DNA of 46,859 nucleotides, taken from contig KZ538797.1 in the NCBI GenBank assembly GCA_000934665.2, forward strand, positions 1 through 46,859, read 5' to 3'. Positions 11,089 to 24,500 of the stretch are shown piece after piece. The notes beneath the pieces were generated by a model. It did no database searches, was not told the origin of the DNA, and saw only the letters and a list, made by a program, of their open reading frames with translations. This DNA is from Catajapyx aquilonaris. Its lineage: Eukaryota. A program made the translations under genes and the position numbers. Position 1 is the stretch's first letter, and each line of letters starts with the position of its first letter.

Positions 11089-12563
11089 TCTTTGACCCAT
11101 TGTTCTGGGTTTTATTGTTGTGTACTGTTGTGAAGAAAACCATTTTGGTGAAGACAAAATACAAACTAATGGAGTGTATTTTTGTGGCCTTGTGCAATTG
11201 CTCAGGTTGGTTTGTTGGTAGGGTAATAGGGACAGATTATAAATTATTATTTTTTTTTCCCCTCTGGCCTCAAGTACGCTGGAACCTGGATGACTGCACA
11301 AGGTTCTCAAGAAATTAAAGGAACTGTACCAAATCAAGCAAAAAGATGGAGACAACTGGTCATGGAACGATCTTCCGTGGAATGTTGGAAGATATCCGTA
11401 GCAGGACGATATTGTACAGTACCCAAAGACAGCCCCGCAAACTATTTATTTTCCTTCGTGGTGTCCATTCGGAGCAATTAAAAAAAAAAAAAAAAAAAAA
11501 AAAAACTCCAACCAGCCAACTCCCATCTTTTTGCTTTCGATAGTACATACCAAGGTACCATTCTGGATTTTAAAATATTTAAACTCAGATGAAATTACCA
11601 TCCAGAATCACACTTGGCATCCATTTGAAATGATCATGTGTTCACTGTTGTTCTTCCTACAAGTTAATAATGTTTGCTTATGTACCTGACCACTATGATT
11701 TTTTGACATTTTAAAAGTCACCCTAGTTTAAAATGTAAGTACAAAGCAATGTCTTGCATTACAACAAAAGGTGTCTCCCTTGACTTCCTGCCAGATGTTA
11801 ATGTGGACTGTTGTGAAAATACACTACACAGAAACTTCATGCCATTTGTTTTATTCACCAGCCATAATCCTAGCCGGTCACCTGTACCAGCATCAAGCAG
11901 CATACGACTCTTACGATAACGGAAAACTGAGACCTTTAACAACTGTACAGCAATAAAACAAGCAATTAAACAGCTTTCAGTGCAGTGCAATCTCATATAC
12001 TACTCTCACTCACAGTCAGTAATACATCGTTCAGATTAGAGTGCTTACGCAATACTGCTGCTATGCTGAAATACTTCTTGCAATTCACATAAAACAAAAT
12101 AATGTGACAAAAAATAAAACTTTGAAATGCTGTACACAACAAAAGCTCAATGACGTTCCACTGCACTGGCGCACAGCCTGCTCTATATTGGCTCACTGGT
12201 ACATTGATTTTGTACATTGTAGAACAGGACATTGCTGAGTATTAATTTGAATAGAGCAGCAGATAATTCCATTTCAAAATAAAAATCACAGCAATCATGA
12301 GAAATGACGCCACTAATACACTAACATCCCATATGCAGTGATGAAAAAACAAAGGAAATAAAATCAGGTGTTGCTGCCACCTAACTCCCAATAATTTTCC
12401 ATATCCCATATTGGTACAAGCCTATCACTTTGGAACTATTGCCCTACGTTGTAATTACTTCTTCCTATTACCACCCACCTCCACCTGACCATCATTGGCA
12501 ATCAGAGACAAGGCGAGGAGAAGTTAGGACATGACAAAAATTTTAATTAGGTTATCTTCCTTG

Positions 12564-14422
12564 TTATTTACCAAGTAGGACCTTTTTAACCACTTTGACA
12601 ACGTCAGAACTTTGTGGCAGGGCTGCTATCTCCAGGCTCTTAGTGTAAGGCATCGGCACGTCCACACCAGTCACGCGGATCACTGGAGCATCCAGGTCAT
12701 AAAAGGACGGGCCTGAAAACATGAATTTATAGAATTAGTACATGAAAATATAGCTACATCACATTCTTATAAGTCAATGGATTCCAGTGCACTTTCCAGG
12801 TGAAAATTTATCACAAATTTACGTGTGCCATTTGAATTGTTTCCTAAAATTGTCCAAGAGGATTACTCACTCTCTGTCAGCCTAGCACATATTTCTGCTC
12901 CAATCCCACACTGCGGCCACCCCTGCTCAACTGTGACAATGTGATGTGTCTTGGAAACAGACTTAGCGACAGTGTCCATGTCAAGGGGTCGGAGGGACCT
13001 AAGATTGATGACCTCACACTCAACCCCATCCGATCCAGCCAGTTCCTTGGCTGCATTGAGACAGGTCTCCACCGCCTTGGAGTGTGCCACCAGAGTCATG
13101 TGCTTTCCTTCCCTCTCCACCTTGGCCTTACCAATAGGTACCAAAAAGTCCTTGCTCAGTGCCTGGTCTGACATTTCAAAGGGCTGACCATACAAGATCT
13201 CATTCTCCATGAAGATAACTGGGTCAGGGTCACGAATGGATGACTTGAGTAAACCTTTGCAGTCCTCAGCAGAGTAAGGGGAGATGACCTTCAGTCCAGG
13301 GCAGTGGCTGAACCAAGCACCAAAGCACTGCGAGTGCTGGGCTGCCACACCTGCCGCTGCACCATTTGGGCCACGAAACACAATTGGGATGTTCACCTAG
13401 AACAACAACAGCAGTGTTATGTTGGTATCACACTAGGAATCCAAAAGCAATCGCCTGAGGTAACTTACACGTCCAGCAGACATGTAAAAGGTCTTGCCGG
13501 CTGAGTTGATGATCTGGTCAATGGCTTGCATGGAGAAGTTGAATGTCATGAATTCACACACAGGTCTAAGCCCTGCCTGTACAGAAAAAAACATTTAAAT
13601 AATTTCACACAGTTGGAACATAAAATAATGCTTATTCTAATGCATAGATGCAGAATTTTAATATTCAGTGGGATAAATCTGTACAGTTATCTTAGCAAAG
13701 CTATGACACAATAGTCAGTCAAGTGAATAGGTATTTCTGTACTTTAGTTCCATCAAACTCCACCAAATCAAACCCTCTTACGTACCATGGCAGCTCCAGT
13801 TGCAATCCCAGCAAATCCCATCTCAGTAATTGGAGTGTCGATGATGCGTTTATCCCCATACTTCTTCCAGAGGCCTCTTGACACTTTATATGCTCCATCG
13901 TACATGGCTACCTCCTCACCCATCAAAAAGACCCGGTCATCACGTTCCATCTCCTCGTCCAGGGCTTGATTGAGAGCATCGCGTACTGTCACCTGCAATA
14001 TCCATCAACCAGAATGAGTACGAGTTACTTAGCAACTGAATGGTCAGCACCAACCTGCTGCCCCCGGACAGCCGCAGTAGTGGACAGTCCTCTCCTGCAT
14101 AGCTGGCGTGCTGCAACCTGCATGGTACAAACAAATTCAATTGTGGAGCAGAACTGACACACTCCCTCAGTCAATCACGAGCACAAAACATGCCCTCATC
14201 ACACTACACGATCAATTACAGAGGTTCAAGGGCAAGGTCATTCAGAACACACTCCCAAATCAGGTGTTCGCGAGTTACCAGTACCCCACTATGCGCGCAG
14301 GGCCGTCCCCTGGTCAGTGCGGATCAAGGAGACTGAACGACCCTCGCCGGCAACGGTGGATCGGCCCGGAACATGCGAATTACCTTGGACAATTTGTCGA
14401 ACGCCTTCACTGCGGCCGCCAT
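12564..14422 (-). CDS. PDHB: Pyruvate dehydrogenase E1 beta subunit, mitochondrial, 363 aa
   Basis: Exons 14422-14384, 14117-14055, 13992-13786, 13576-13469, 13396-12871, 12712-12564, all GT-AG and in frame; [51 protein letters not shown]. Confidence 0.97.
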
Positions 14423-14795
14423 CTTTGGTGGAAGGAGCTGGGAAGCAGGGTTGCCAAGTGCAGAAATAGACTGGCAACAGTGGGAGCACTACTGTATCGA
14501 GATTATGCGATACAGTTTCAGGAAACCAACTAAGGTTAGGAATCTTATTAGGATGCCCAGACTTTATCACAAATGAGACAGGGAGTGCCGCAATAACTGA
14601 AAACTACACAAGAATGTTTTGGAAGACTTGAATCTGCATTTATTGTGCGTTTCTTTTCATATACAGTACACGGCAATGTTTTTTCTCTCTTTAAAAATAG
14701 GTTCTCTGCACATACTGAATGCCTTGTCTACAAGAATAAATATTTATAGCATAAAAGTGTTCCTTGTGCCCACAACATTTCAAATATTTCTCTTC

Positions 14796-17700
14796 TTAAA
14801 ATCCTTCGGCCTTTGGAACTTGTAATTCCATAGACGACAATGACGGGACCAGTAGCTCCAGCTCTTCATCTGGGGAAAGAAACACTTACTGAGAATCACA
14901 GTCAGAGAAAAGACACCTAAATAAAACTAGCTAATTTTACAGTTGATTTGGCCCACACTTGGACTACAAATGGTCTCAAGATTTCCATATTGGTCAATCA
15001 GAACAGAAGTAAGCACAACCATGAACCTGCAGCTACTTGGAAGAATGTGAACTCAAGGTCAGTCAGAAATATCTATGGTCCAACACATCTTATCATACAG
15101 TAAAACCAGGGATGGAAAAAGTACCGCTTCCTTCCAAGAAGCGCTTCTTTTTTCCATGTGCAGGGATAGAAAAAGAACCGCTTACCGCCCAAAGAAGCGG
15201 TTCTTTTTCCATCCCTGAGTAAAACCATTTAAAAGCCCATTTGCATGAGCTTTCTGATAAGGAGACTGATTTCTGCACTCCCTTTAAGTCTGTTATATCC
15301 AGAGCCTCCTGTATGTCATTCTGCACTTAATTCCATTACCTCAACCAATAATCTCTTACTCAAGTTCCCACTTAGTTTCAACTTCAGGGCTGGAACTGGT
15401 TTTTGCCCTTCAAAATACTGACTTTACTGACTTTTAAGGCAAAATTACTGACCAATCACTGACCATTATTTACTGACCTTGGAACTGGGTTATAGGCAAC
15501 TATATACACAAAAAGGGGGAGGCGGAGTGGTGCTGCGGTAACGTATGCGCCCAAGAATGTTAAGGTCCCGGGTTCGATCCCAACCTGGGGACACCCCCTT
15601 CATCTCGTGCAGAGTTCAGGGTCACCTCTGGCTTCGTCTCGGGTGGTATTTCGACAAACTAAACCACCCGAAGAAGTTCACTAAAAATGGCCACAGCGTC
15701 AGATGCACTGCACCTTGCACATCCCCTCCTGTCATCTTGCCCGTGGGCCCGGGCGCTTCAACTATAATAGGTTCCAATATTGTATAATAGTTCAAAAATA
15801 AAGGTCTGTGTGATATACCCCCATTTGGGGGTGAAATCACTATCCCAGGATTATTATTATTATTATTATTATACACAAAAAAATTGCGGATTTAAAGGAT
15901 AAATTATTTTACACAATATTTTCAAGTGAAAGCTTTACTAAAATACAAATACACTCTATAGTCTACAGCCAGCGGTTCCCAAAGTGTGGGGCGCGAGACG
16001 ATTTCTGGTGGGGTGGGGAAGTTCTTGAAATTTGAAAATTTTGCATTATAAGTACCATGACCTGAAATGAGCACCATATGGCATATGCTATGTTCTAGGG
16101 ACAGGCGTGGTTGACTCGAAATTAGATTCCATTTACACAGAGTGTTTCAATTTTTTTGCCCGAACAGTTATCGGAAAATTGCACGTAGCTGCTACTTTGC
16201 AAGCAGTGACGTGCAACCTGTGATTTGTCGGAGGAAAGGGGAATGGGGAAAAAGAGGGTCACACATCCCATGGCATGTGTGACCCTCATTTTTCCAGGCT
16301 TGACCATCAATTTTCAGCGGGCAGTACGTATGCCACTTCAACCTACGATTCGCAGGGAATATTCCCCGTTCCTCCGAAAAATCACAATTCGCAAGTCACT
16401 GCTTACAAAGTAGCAGCTACGTGGAAGTTTCCGATAACTGTTCGGACAAAAAAGTTGAAACACCCTGTATATTTTAAAACGTAGTAGGCCCAATAATGAT
16501 GAGTCATACACACTCCCCTCCCCCCCCCCCAAAAAAAAAGTTCGGTGGGTCGCGGTTCAACATAGAGTGCCGTAGTGCCGAGCCTGAGCGTTATTCGTTA
16601 TTTTTGCAGTGATTCCGTAAGAATTCGGATGATTTCAAAACGCTACCTTTCCAGTCCACTAAAAATACGGACTTTACGGACTTTTTGACGAAATTACGGG
16701 AAAATACGGAGCTTGCATGGAATTACGGACTTTTACGTAAAATACTGACCGAGTTCCAGCCCTGCAACTTCCTTCGTTGTCACTTCCGAGCATATTTCCA
16801 CACCGAAATCATCCTAATTAGTTTGCAAGAGAAGACGAGGAACTGTACCTGAATCTTCACGGCTGAGAACCTCTCTTGGCGAAAAGAAGCATCCTCTGGC
16901 CAGGTATGAGTTGAGTTTGTCTGAAGCAGCTAGGATCAGTCCTGCGTATGGTGGAGAAGGTTTGAGAGGGCGACTTTGATACTCTGGGTGGAACTGCACC
17001 CCAACAAAGTAGGGATGCCCAGTGAGCTCAACACACTCCATTCGCTGTCCACTCTCATCAGTGCCCACAAAGGACAGGCCGGCACTCTCAAGGCTCTCCA
17101 CATAATCAGGGTTCACCTCATAGCGGTGGCGGTGACGTTCATCAACATAGTCAACACCACTGTACAACTGACCTGCAATGTGCAATCGGTTTATCATAAA
17201 TTCCTTGACAATGTTGCTTATATTCATATGATCTCTGACAAGTGGTTCTGGAGTTAAATTGCAGACCCAACCATAAATACCACTATACAATGGGGTTTCA
17301 CTACTGATGGGCATGATGCTCCATTATGGTGTTGGCAAAAAAGATGGCAAATCCTATCTCACTGCTGGGATCTAAGATGTTTTCCACAATGGAAAAGTTC
17401 CGCTGTTTGCAGGGAACACTCGACTAGGTGGTCCCAAGAGGACCTTAAGCTATAAATGACTAACAGGGTCATATTGACTTGAGCATCCCACACTTACACT
17501 CTGCCACAGACAGTACAGTACACAACTGCCGTTCACAAAAACCCCTTGCAGACTTACGCAAAATGCTGGTCTTTTGCTGAAACACAGTCTTTCTTCTGCC
17601 AAGCCTCATGGTCCCTCCCATGTCCCCTGGATTATGCTCAGGCATGTCCACCACCACTGGGTAGTTTGTCTTATCATCAAATTCAGTGGAGTTGGCACCC

Positions 17701-19991
17701 TCTAACTTCAGAACATTTCGGGACAACTCCAACACAGCCACCTGCATTCCCAGGCACACCCCCAGGTATGGCTTCTGGTTCTCACGACACCATTGGGCTG
17801 CTGCCATCTTGCCTTCAAGACCTCTTGAACCAAAGCCACCTAGTAGAGAAAAGCACAGACCAGGGCAATGATAAAATATCATTCAAGTGCATTTTGTGAG
17901 GAAGAAAAAATTAGCACACATGGTATTTCAAGGTGGAAACTCTCACATGCTGAGGCTCATGGCACATACACATGAAGGACAAAATATTGTCACGATGGAT
18001 GATATTAAAACTGCAACCTTAAAAAAATTGAAATAAAACACAACTAAGGACTTCGCATCCAGTGCTATACACTACATACCTGGAACAATGACTCCCTGTG
18101 CATTGCATAACTGCCTCCAGGCCTCATGGTATGCAACAGGGTCAGTTTTCTGCGTTTCTGGTTCCAGAACCTCTGCAGATATGGAGTTGAGGTTGAGTCG
18201 TAGGTTGGCTGCAAGTGAAGCATGCTGCAATGCCTTGATAACTGATGCATAGGCATCATCCAGGTCAGTGTACTTCCCAACCAGGCCTATTCTGACTTCA
18301 TTGTTGAGTCGATCATGTCTGTCTGCCAAGTCACGCCATTGTGCCATAGCTCTCCGTGGCAATGGGACACAGAAGTTGAGATGCAACCTTTTCTGCAGGA
18401 ATTCCACGGCCCCCTGCTGATGTAGGGCAAGGGGGACTCGGTATATGGAAGTGCAGTCTGCAATGCACATCACTTGGTCTGGTTCTACATGGCAGAAGTT
18501 TGAAATCTTCTCTTGTACAGAGCGATCAACAGGCTTCTCACTACGGCACACTATCAGGTCTGGGCTGAGACCCAAGCCACGCAGCTCACGAACAGATGCC
18601 TGGGTTGGTTTGGTTTTGTGCTCCCCAGTTGCACGAGGCTGGAAAAATGTCAAAAATAATTTTACTTTCTTCATCACTCCCATCACCTTTTTTGCTGACA
18701 TATTGTTGGCATTCAAATAATATACGCAGCATTTTCCTCCTACACCCCTGGATGTTTAATATTGCTTGACTACAATATTATATTGCTGCATCCAGTAGTA
18801 ACAATGGGAATTCAAATAATTAGCACACTGATTTCTTGAGTGTGTGTGGCCATAAGGTGGCAAAACATTATAAGCCTATAATCTCTCATCGTAAAAAAGG
18901 AAAAGTATAGATACCCCAAGCTAAGTTTGAGTTCAAGTGGACAATACAAGTGACACTACATATATTCTCATCATACCCAATAGATTAATTTCAAAAATGT
19001 CGTATTACGCTTCAGAACTTGTTCCTTACCTGAGGAACCAATGACACATGAATATTGCAGAAATTTTCTCTTTTAACACGGAATTGGAATTGTCGGAAAG
19101 CTTCCACAAAAGGCATCCCTTCAATGTCACCAATGGTCCCTCCTTGTTCAATGATACACACCTACAATAAAACATCAAGTGTTATGAAAATGCCAAGAAA
19201 AGTAGTGAGTAAATTAAACCCAACTCCAACAAACCTCCGGTTCCAATCCATCAGGAGTCACTGCTTGCTTGGCTACTCTTTCCACCCAGTCCTGAATTGC
19301 CTTTGTTATGTGGGGCACAACTATAATAAAAACATTCATCACTCTTAACATACTCATAGTTGCAGAATAAGTAAGGCATATTCAATAAGCCTGGAAAGGT
19401 TGGGAGGGGCCTGTAGTTAGCAGCAGTTATGTTGCTAAAAATGGCCGAAGGATTTATTGTACAGCTACTGCAGCTACTGCACGAGGTCCTTGCCCACAAA
19501 CTTGTTTCCATCACCCATTCCCTATACAACACACATGCATAATGTAACTCTTCATTACCTTGCACTGTCTTCCCAAGAAAATCTCCTTTCCTCTCACGAT
19601 TGATCACTTGCTGGTAAATTTTTCCTGTGGTAATATTATTATCTGAATGCAGGGTGACATCCAAGAAACGTTCATAATTTCCGAGATCCAGATCAACTTC
19701 ACCTCCATCCGCAAGGACAAACACTTCACCTAAAACATTTTCACACCCAGTCAATTTCTAGTCTTCAAAAAATTCCAGTCACAATTACATTATACTCTCA
19801 ATTAATTCTAGCCACACCATCTTACCATGCTCGTAGGGAGAGAAAGTCCCAGCATCAATGTTGATGTAAGGATCAATCTTTATGGAGGTAACTCTCAGAC
19901 CGCAGCACTTCAGAATGGTGCCCAGAGAGCTGGCAATGACTCCTTTCCCAATACCACTGATCACACCACCAGTCACAAGGATGTACTTCAT
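14796..19991 (-). CDS. CTPS1: CTP synthase, 597 aa
   Basis: Exons 19991-19826, 19729-19559, 19320-19235, 19161-19030, 18638-18080, 17839-17558, 17172-16849, 14869-14796; [43 protein letters not shown] on minus strand ~14639-14644. Confidence 0.96.
15107..15217. mobile_element. 111-bp hAT-type MITE in the last CTPS intron
   Basis: TIRs CAGGGATGGAAAAAG / CTTTTTCCATCCCTG; 8-bp TSD AGTAAAAC at 15099-15106 and 15218-15225. Confidence 0.88.
15385..16764. mobile_element. Non-autonomous TIR element with nested insertions
   Basis: TIRs CAGGGCTGGAACT / AGTTCCAGCCCTG; CAACTT duplicated on both flanks; subterminal TTACTGAC/TTACGGA repeats. Confidence 0.72.
15515..15869 (+). mobile_element. Full-length tRNA-derived SINE with (ATT)n tail
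   Basis: Same head/core as 343-732; TSD TATACACAAAAA at 15503-15514 and 15870-15881. Confidence 0.9.
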
Positions 19992-20939
19992 GGCTCCAGA
20001 ATTGACTATGAGGATGTAGTAGCAACTAGCCTTTTTCTAGAGAGGAAACAGACGGAACATTAGTTTTTCCTACTCATATATCTGCCAAGATGAAACATAA
20101 GTTTGACCATAGAATGACAAGTAAACAGATATGGATGACACAGGATGACATAAGATCAGTATCCACTTTTGTTTGAATTACTCATGTAAGATAACAGCTT
20201 ACGTACTCAAGAAGCAGGCAATAAGTCAGACGTGACTTCACAGCACTAATAATGAATTTCGTCTACAAATGCTCTGCTTTACAACCCCATTACTGACAAT
20301 CATGGTACTCGACATACTACAAGTAATAAATATTTTTCCATTAGAAATCATAAAAAATGCCAGTTTTTCCACATGAGTATAAGCAAAAGATATAAACCAC
20401 AAGCCACATGGAAGATGACCTGATTGGGAAATGAGGGAATCTTTAATTGGAAAATCCTATCATGCGAAAATTCTCTGCAGTAGATGACCCTTGTGCTACA
20501 GGCAGGTTTCACCGTATTAATCTTGCACAATTTAGGACCTATGCTAAGAACACAGTGCCATCCAAATTGTGGTAAAAGATTGCCACATGGGTGACAATCC
20601 CTGGAAAAACTTATTCTGCAGGTATCTAATTCCAATGACCTAACATCGATTGCCTTACATGCGAAGGCATCCTTCAGAGGCATTGTCCAGCAGAATCAAA
20701 GTTCATGTAGCCGCTTAACTTTGACCCCCTGTGAATATCTGAATCAGCCTATCGTATTTTGAGATAAGCATCCTCCTGTAGGACACAAAAAAAATCTGAC
20801 TAAGGCAGAGTCCAAGAAATTTGTGTGACCCTTTGGCATTAAATATTTCCCTCCATCAAGGCACCATTCCTCTCAATCATAAAAAATGGGCCGCTGTGTT
20901 GGCCAGGTCACAAATGCACAGACTGCGGGTCACTCGTGT

Positions 20940-21146
20940 ATCATGCGTACCACGTGTCGCGGTCACACCACGTTTCACCCGGATGCTGCCCTGTTGTGAA
21001 TCCGCCTGTCGATGGACCACTTCCAGCAAGGACGTGTGGTCTTCCTTTGTCGGTCTGTCGCACGTCTGTCGGTTGTCGGTGACTCGGAAAAGGCGGGAAC
21101 AGACCGCGTGGAAGACTGGATGCCCTACTAGTGGCAGTGGGTGAGG
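20940..21146. promoter_or_regulatory. Probable CTPS / SLC25A3 bidirectional promoter with non-coding first exons
   Basis: CpG-rich; minus-strand donor-like GTG|GTACGC at ~20950, plus-strand donor TGG|GTGAGG at 21141; both genes have an acceptor just before their ATG; GGTCACAC motif ~20961. Confidence 0.6.
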
Positions 21147-21545
21147 GTCAAGGAGAGGGAGGGATGCAGGAGGGGGCAGGGTTGGCAGATCGATATCTGA
21201 GGCTGCCGCCAGGGTTGCCAGATGGAGATGCGGCACCAGGGGCTGCCCATAGACCCGACCCAAACCGGCACCCAAACCACACCCTGACAAAAATCGAGAA
21301 AATGTCCAGTGCCCCAACCTCAGGTGTCCTTTGGAAATATCAGACGACGGTGAGCGACAGTGCCATGTTGCCCTCCGTCCAATTGGGAGGCTGGACCCAC
21401 CCCATGTGACCACATCCTCATCCAGCAGCCCCCTCTTCCGGCTAGTGGCCATATTGGAAAAGGTAACGTCCACCTCTGGCTCCTCTCCCTTTTGGCCCAC
21501 TAGCCTCTTCCTGCAACCTTTGCCCTCCCTTTTGCAGCTCCAGCC

Positions 21546-24500
21546 ATGTTGTACCGGTCCCTGTTGGATGTGGCCAAGACCAACCCCTTCGGCGGACCCA
21601 TCCACGCCGCCTCCTGCGAGCCAGGACCTAACAATGCAGCGGTGCCCACCGTGGTCGAGCCAGGCAAGCTGGTCCAGGGGAGGAGCATACAGGCCGCGGC
21701 GCCATCAGGTCAGTTGGTCACCATGGCCAGAAAAGGCCCTTGGGAGAAAGAGACAGAGAGGGGCTGGCTGGGTCTGTGAGGGATTGGATTATGTAATCGC
21801 CACACGCGAATTGCTTAACTTTGGCCGTGAGGTGGATGCGTGCCAGTGTGGTTTTGACGTGAAGGGGAAGAGGCAGCAGGGGGATGCATTAATGTGGCAC
21901 CAATTAGGATGCAACCCTCCAATGAATGTTGCTTGCTGGGGAGGTAGCAGAGGTGTAGGAGGATGTGAACCAGTGGAGGGAAAATTGCATGGGGCAGGAG
22001 CTGTGACTTGTATGGGAGTTTGTGGCTTGAAAAATGGGGTGCATAAAAATATAACCATTCATTTAACCCTGGTATGGTGACATATGGTCTTTTAGGCCAC
22101 CAAGAATTAAAAAGCATGGCAATGAGTGACCCTGAAAAACTCCATGTATTCCTTCATCATTTCACAGATTAAATCCAGTTTCATAATTTTCACACCCACC
22201 AAAATGTAGATAATTCGTTGTTTTTTGACCCATGGTCTCGTAATTGTCATTATCTAAGTGCTGATACGCTGTAAAGGAAGCTTTATTATTGTGAACTGTT
22301 GCCATTTTAGACTTTTTCTCATCGGAAAAAGTCTTATAAAACGGCTCTGTCTGTCTGTACATGGACAGGTATCAGGGCCTAAACCAGTGGTTCCCAACCT
22401 TGACCGGGTCACGACTTGGTTGCAGATGGGTAGCAGGGTACAGAATCACGAATATGTGAATGCATGGGCCACGGAGGAACGGGTGGGGGGTATGCATGTG
22501 ATTGGGGGATGGGCATCATCATTGGCTATAAGTCCAAAGCGATTAAAAATGTGTTTTTTAAATATATAAAAGTCCAGGTTTTTTATATATCAAAACCCTC
22601 GCGATGCTAGCATTTTTCTAGACCAGTGTCCTGCAGTGCCTACCATATTTTTAATCACTTTGGACTTATAGCCGATGATGATGCCCATCCCCCAATCATA
22701 TGCATACCCCCCACCCGTTCCTCTGTGGCCTGTGCATTCACATATCTGTGATTCCGTACCATGATACCCATCTGCAATCCCACCTTTCCTTTGCATTGGC
22801 TGGGAAATATGCATTTGCCCTTCTCAATTACCAATACTTTTTGTACCGTATATTTAAAACCGCCAATTATTGTATGAACAGAAAGTCACAACCTTTACCG
22901 CTTCTACTCGCATGCACTGGCACATATGTATCTAAATGATATCCACACTTTCCGACCTCATTCTTTTACTATCCGACGACCATAAGAGTGAACCTTTTTG
23001 GATATGCATACGCCCGAAGGGTCGGTGAGCCTCCCGAAAGTAGTGCCGAACATGCCGGGCCCTACCGCTCCTCACAACAAAATGTGCAGTTTGTGTAGTG
23101 CTCCACCTACCGTACGGGGTGCCCATGACAATTAGGCAGTCGAATTACATGTACCAGCACTGTTTCTTCGAGAAAGCCAGAGATACCACTAATACAGTAT
23201 ACAGCATATTAAGAGTTGCCAATGAAATTTGAAAATTAATTTATAGCTCACTGTATTTCAACTAATCTACACCTTGAGGAGGGGACTAGGTGTCATTGGG
23301 GCACAGGAACACAAGAGTGTCGCCAGCTGTGCTCAGGATTGAATTTATGCCAAACTGCACTGGTTCTTGGCCAAAATTTGGCAACAGATTGTTTAAGGAA
23401 GCCAACTAGGGAGGTCAAGGCAGGCCAAAAATATCGCACTGCTACAAACCCCCTTGCTTTAACCCTACTGTAGGTATACCGGAAGTAATTTATTGTGTTA
23501 AGTACAAAATAAGTACCGGTATTTGTTGAATATCTTCATGCTGTTTCTTGGGCTTGAGATAGCTTATTGAAGCATTTGCTGCTATTGAACCATGTCTGAT
23601 TGGACCATCTTTGTAGTCAAGTAGTAAACTGCCAAGTAAATTTAAGAAAATTGTTGAAAATAGCGTAGGGGATTTTTGCGGTAACAAACCAAAGTTCAGA
23701 CGATTTAAAAAAACTTTCATTGTGATTTTCCATGCTTGTGGAAAACCTTTGGGGATTCTGTTTTTTTCTATGGAGTTCCAGGTACAGAGGGCAGCATTTT
23801 GCCTAAAATCCGACACAAATATATCATTCGAAAGCGCCAGAGGAGCGAGAACAAACACTGTAATGAACCAAACTTTTGAGGACACGCATTTCAGCACCGG
23901 GTTGCACTGCGTAATAACTCTGGGAATTCTAAGTGGTTGCGATGGCAGTGTAGAGATGCTCTAGTGAAGAAAAGTGTGAGGAATCCATTGGTTACCTTTC
24001 CATACCGATATCTGCTTTTCTTTGCATCGTAGGGCAACAAAACTCTCGGTAATGAACCAAGAAAAAAAGTAACGAACCTAGGTGTGTGATTTACCGCCAT
24101 TCAGAACCTATGCAAGGGTAGTATTTGTGAGCTGTTTTACCTGAGGATGTACATAATTAAAACGGGACACATCCAGGGCACCTGACCAGTCATCAAAGTC
24201 TTTGGGGAACAGGGTGACACAGCCACATCATTGAAGTTATGAACTGACTAGAGGGGAAAAGATTTTAATAAATGTTTATTCAAATATTTATAACAGTTAT
24301 TACAATTCGACTTGTAAGTACAAAAATTATCTCTGGCAGAGAAAGACAAGGAATTTCATCAGTACTATAGACACTATTTTGTCTATTTTGGGTTTTCACG
24401 ACTTTCATGACCCTTTTGCCTTTTTTGGGATAGTTTGTGAACTTTTTGAAGAAATTTCGGCACTTTTTGGGCCTATTCAGGACCTATTCCTGTGGAGGCA

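Noticed and set aside
20877..22080. 242-aa (-) and 249-aa (+) ORFs
   Set aside because: GC-rich promoter, intron and exon shadows with no recognisable domain; the real frame is the PiC presequence exon.
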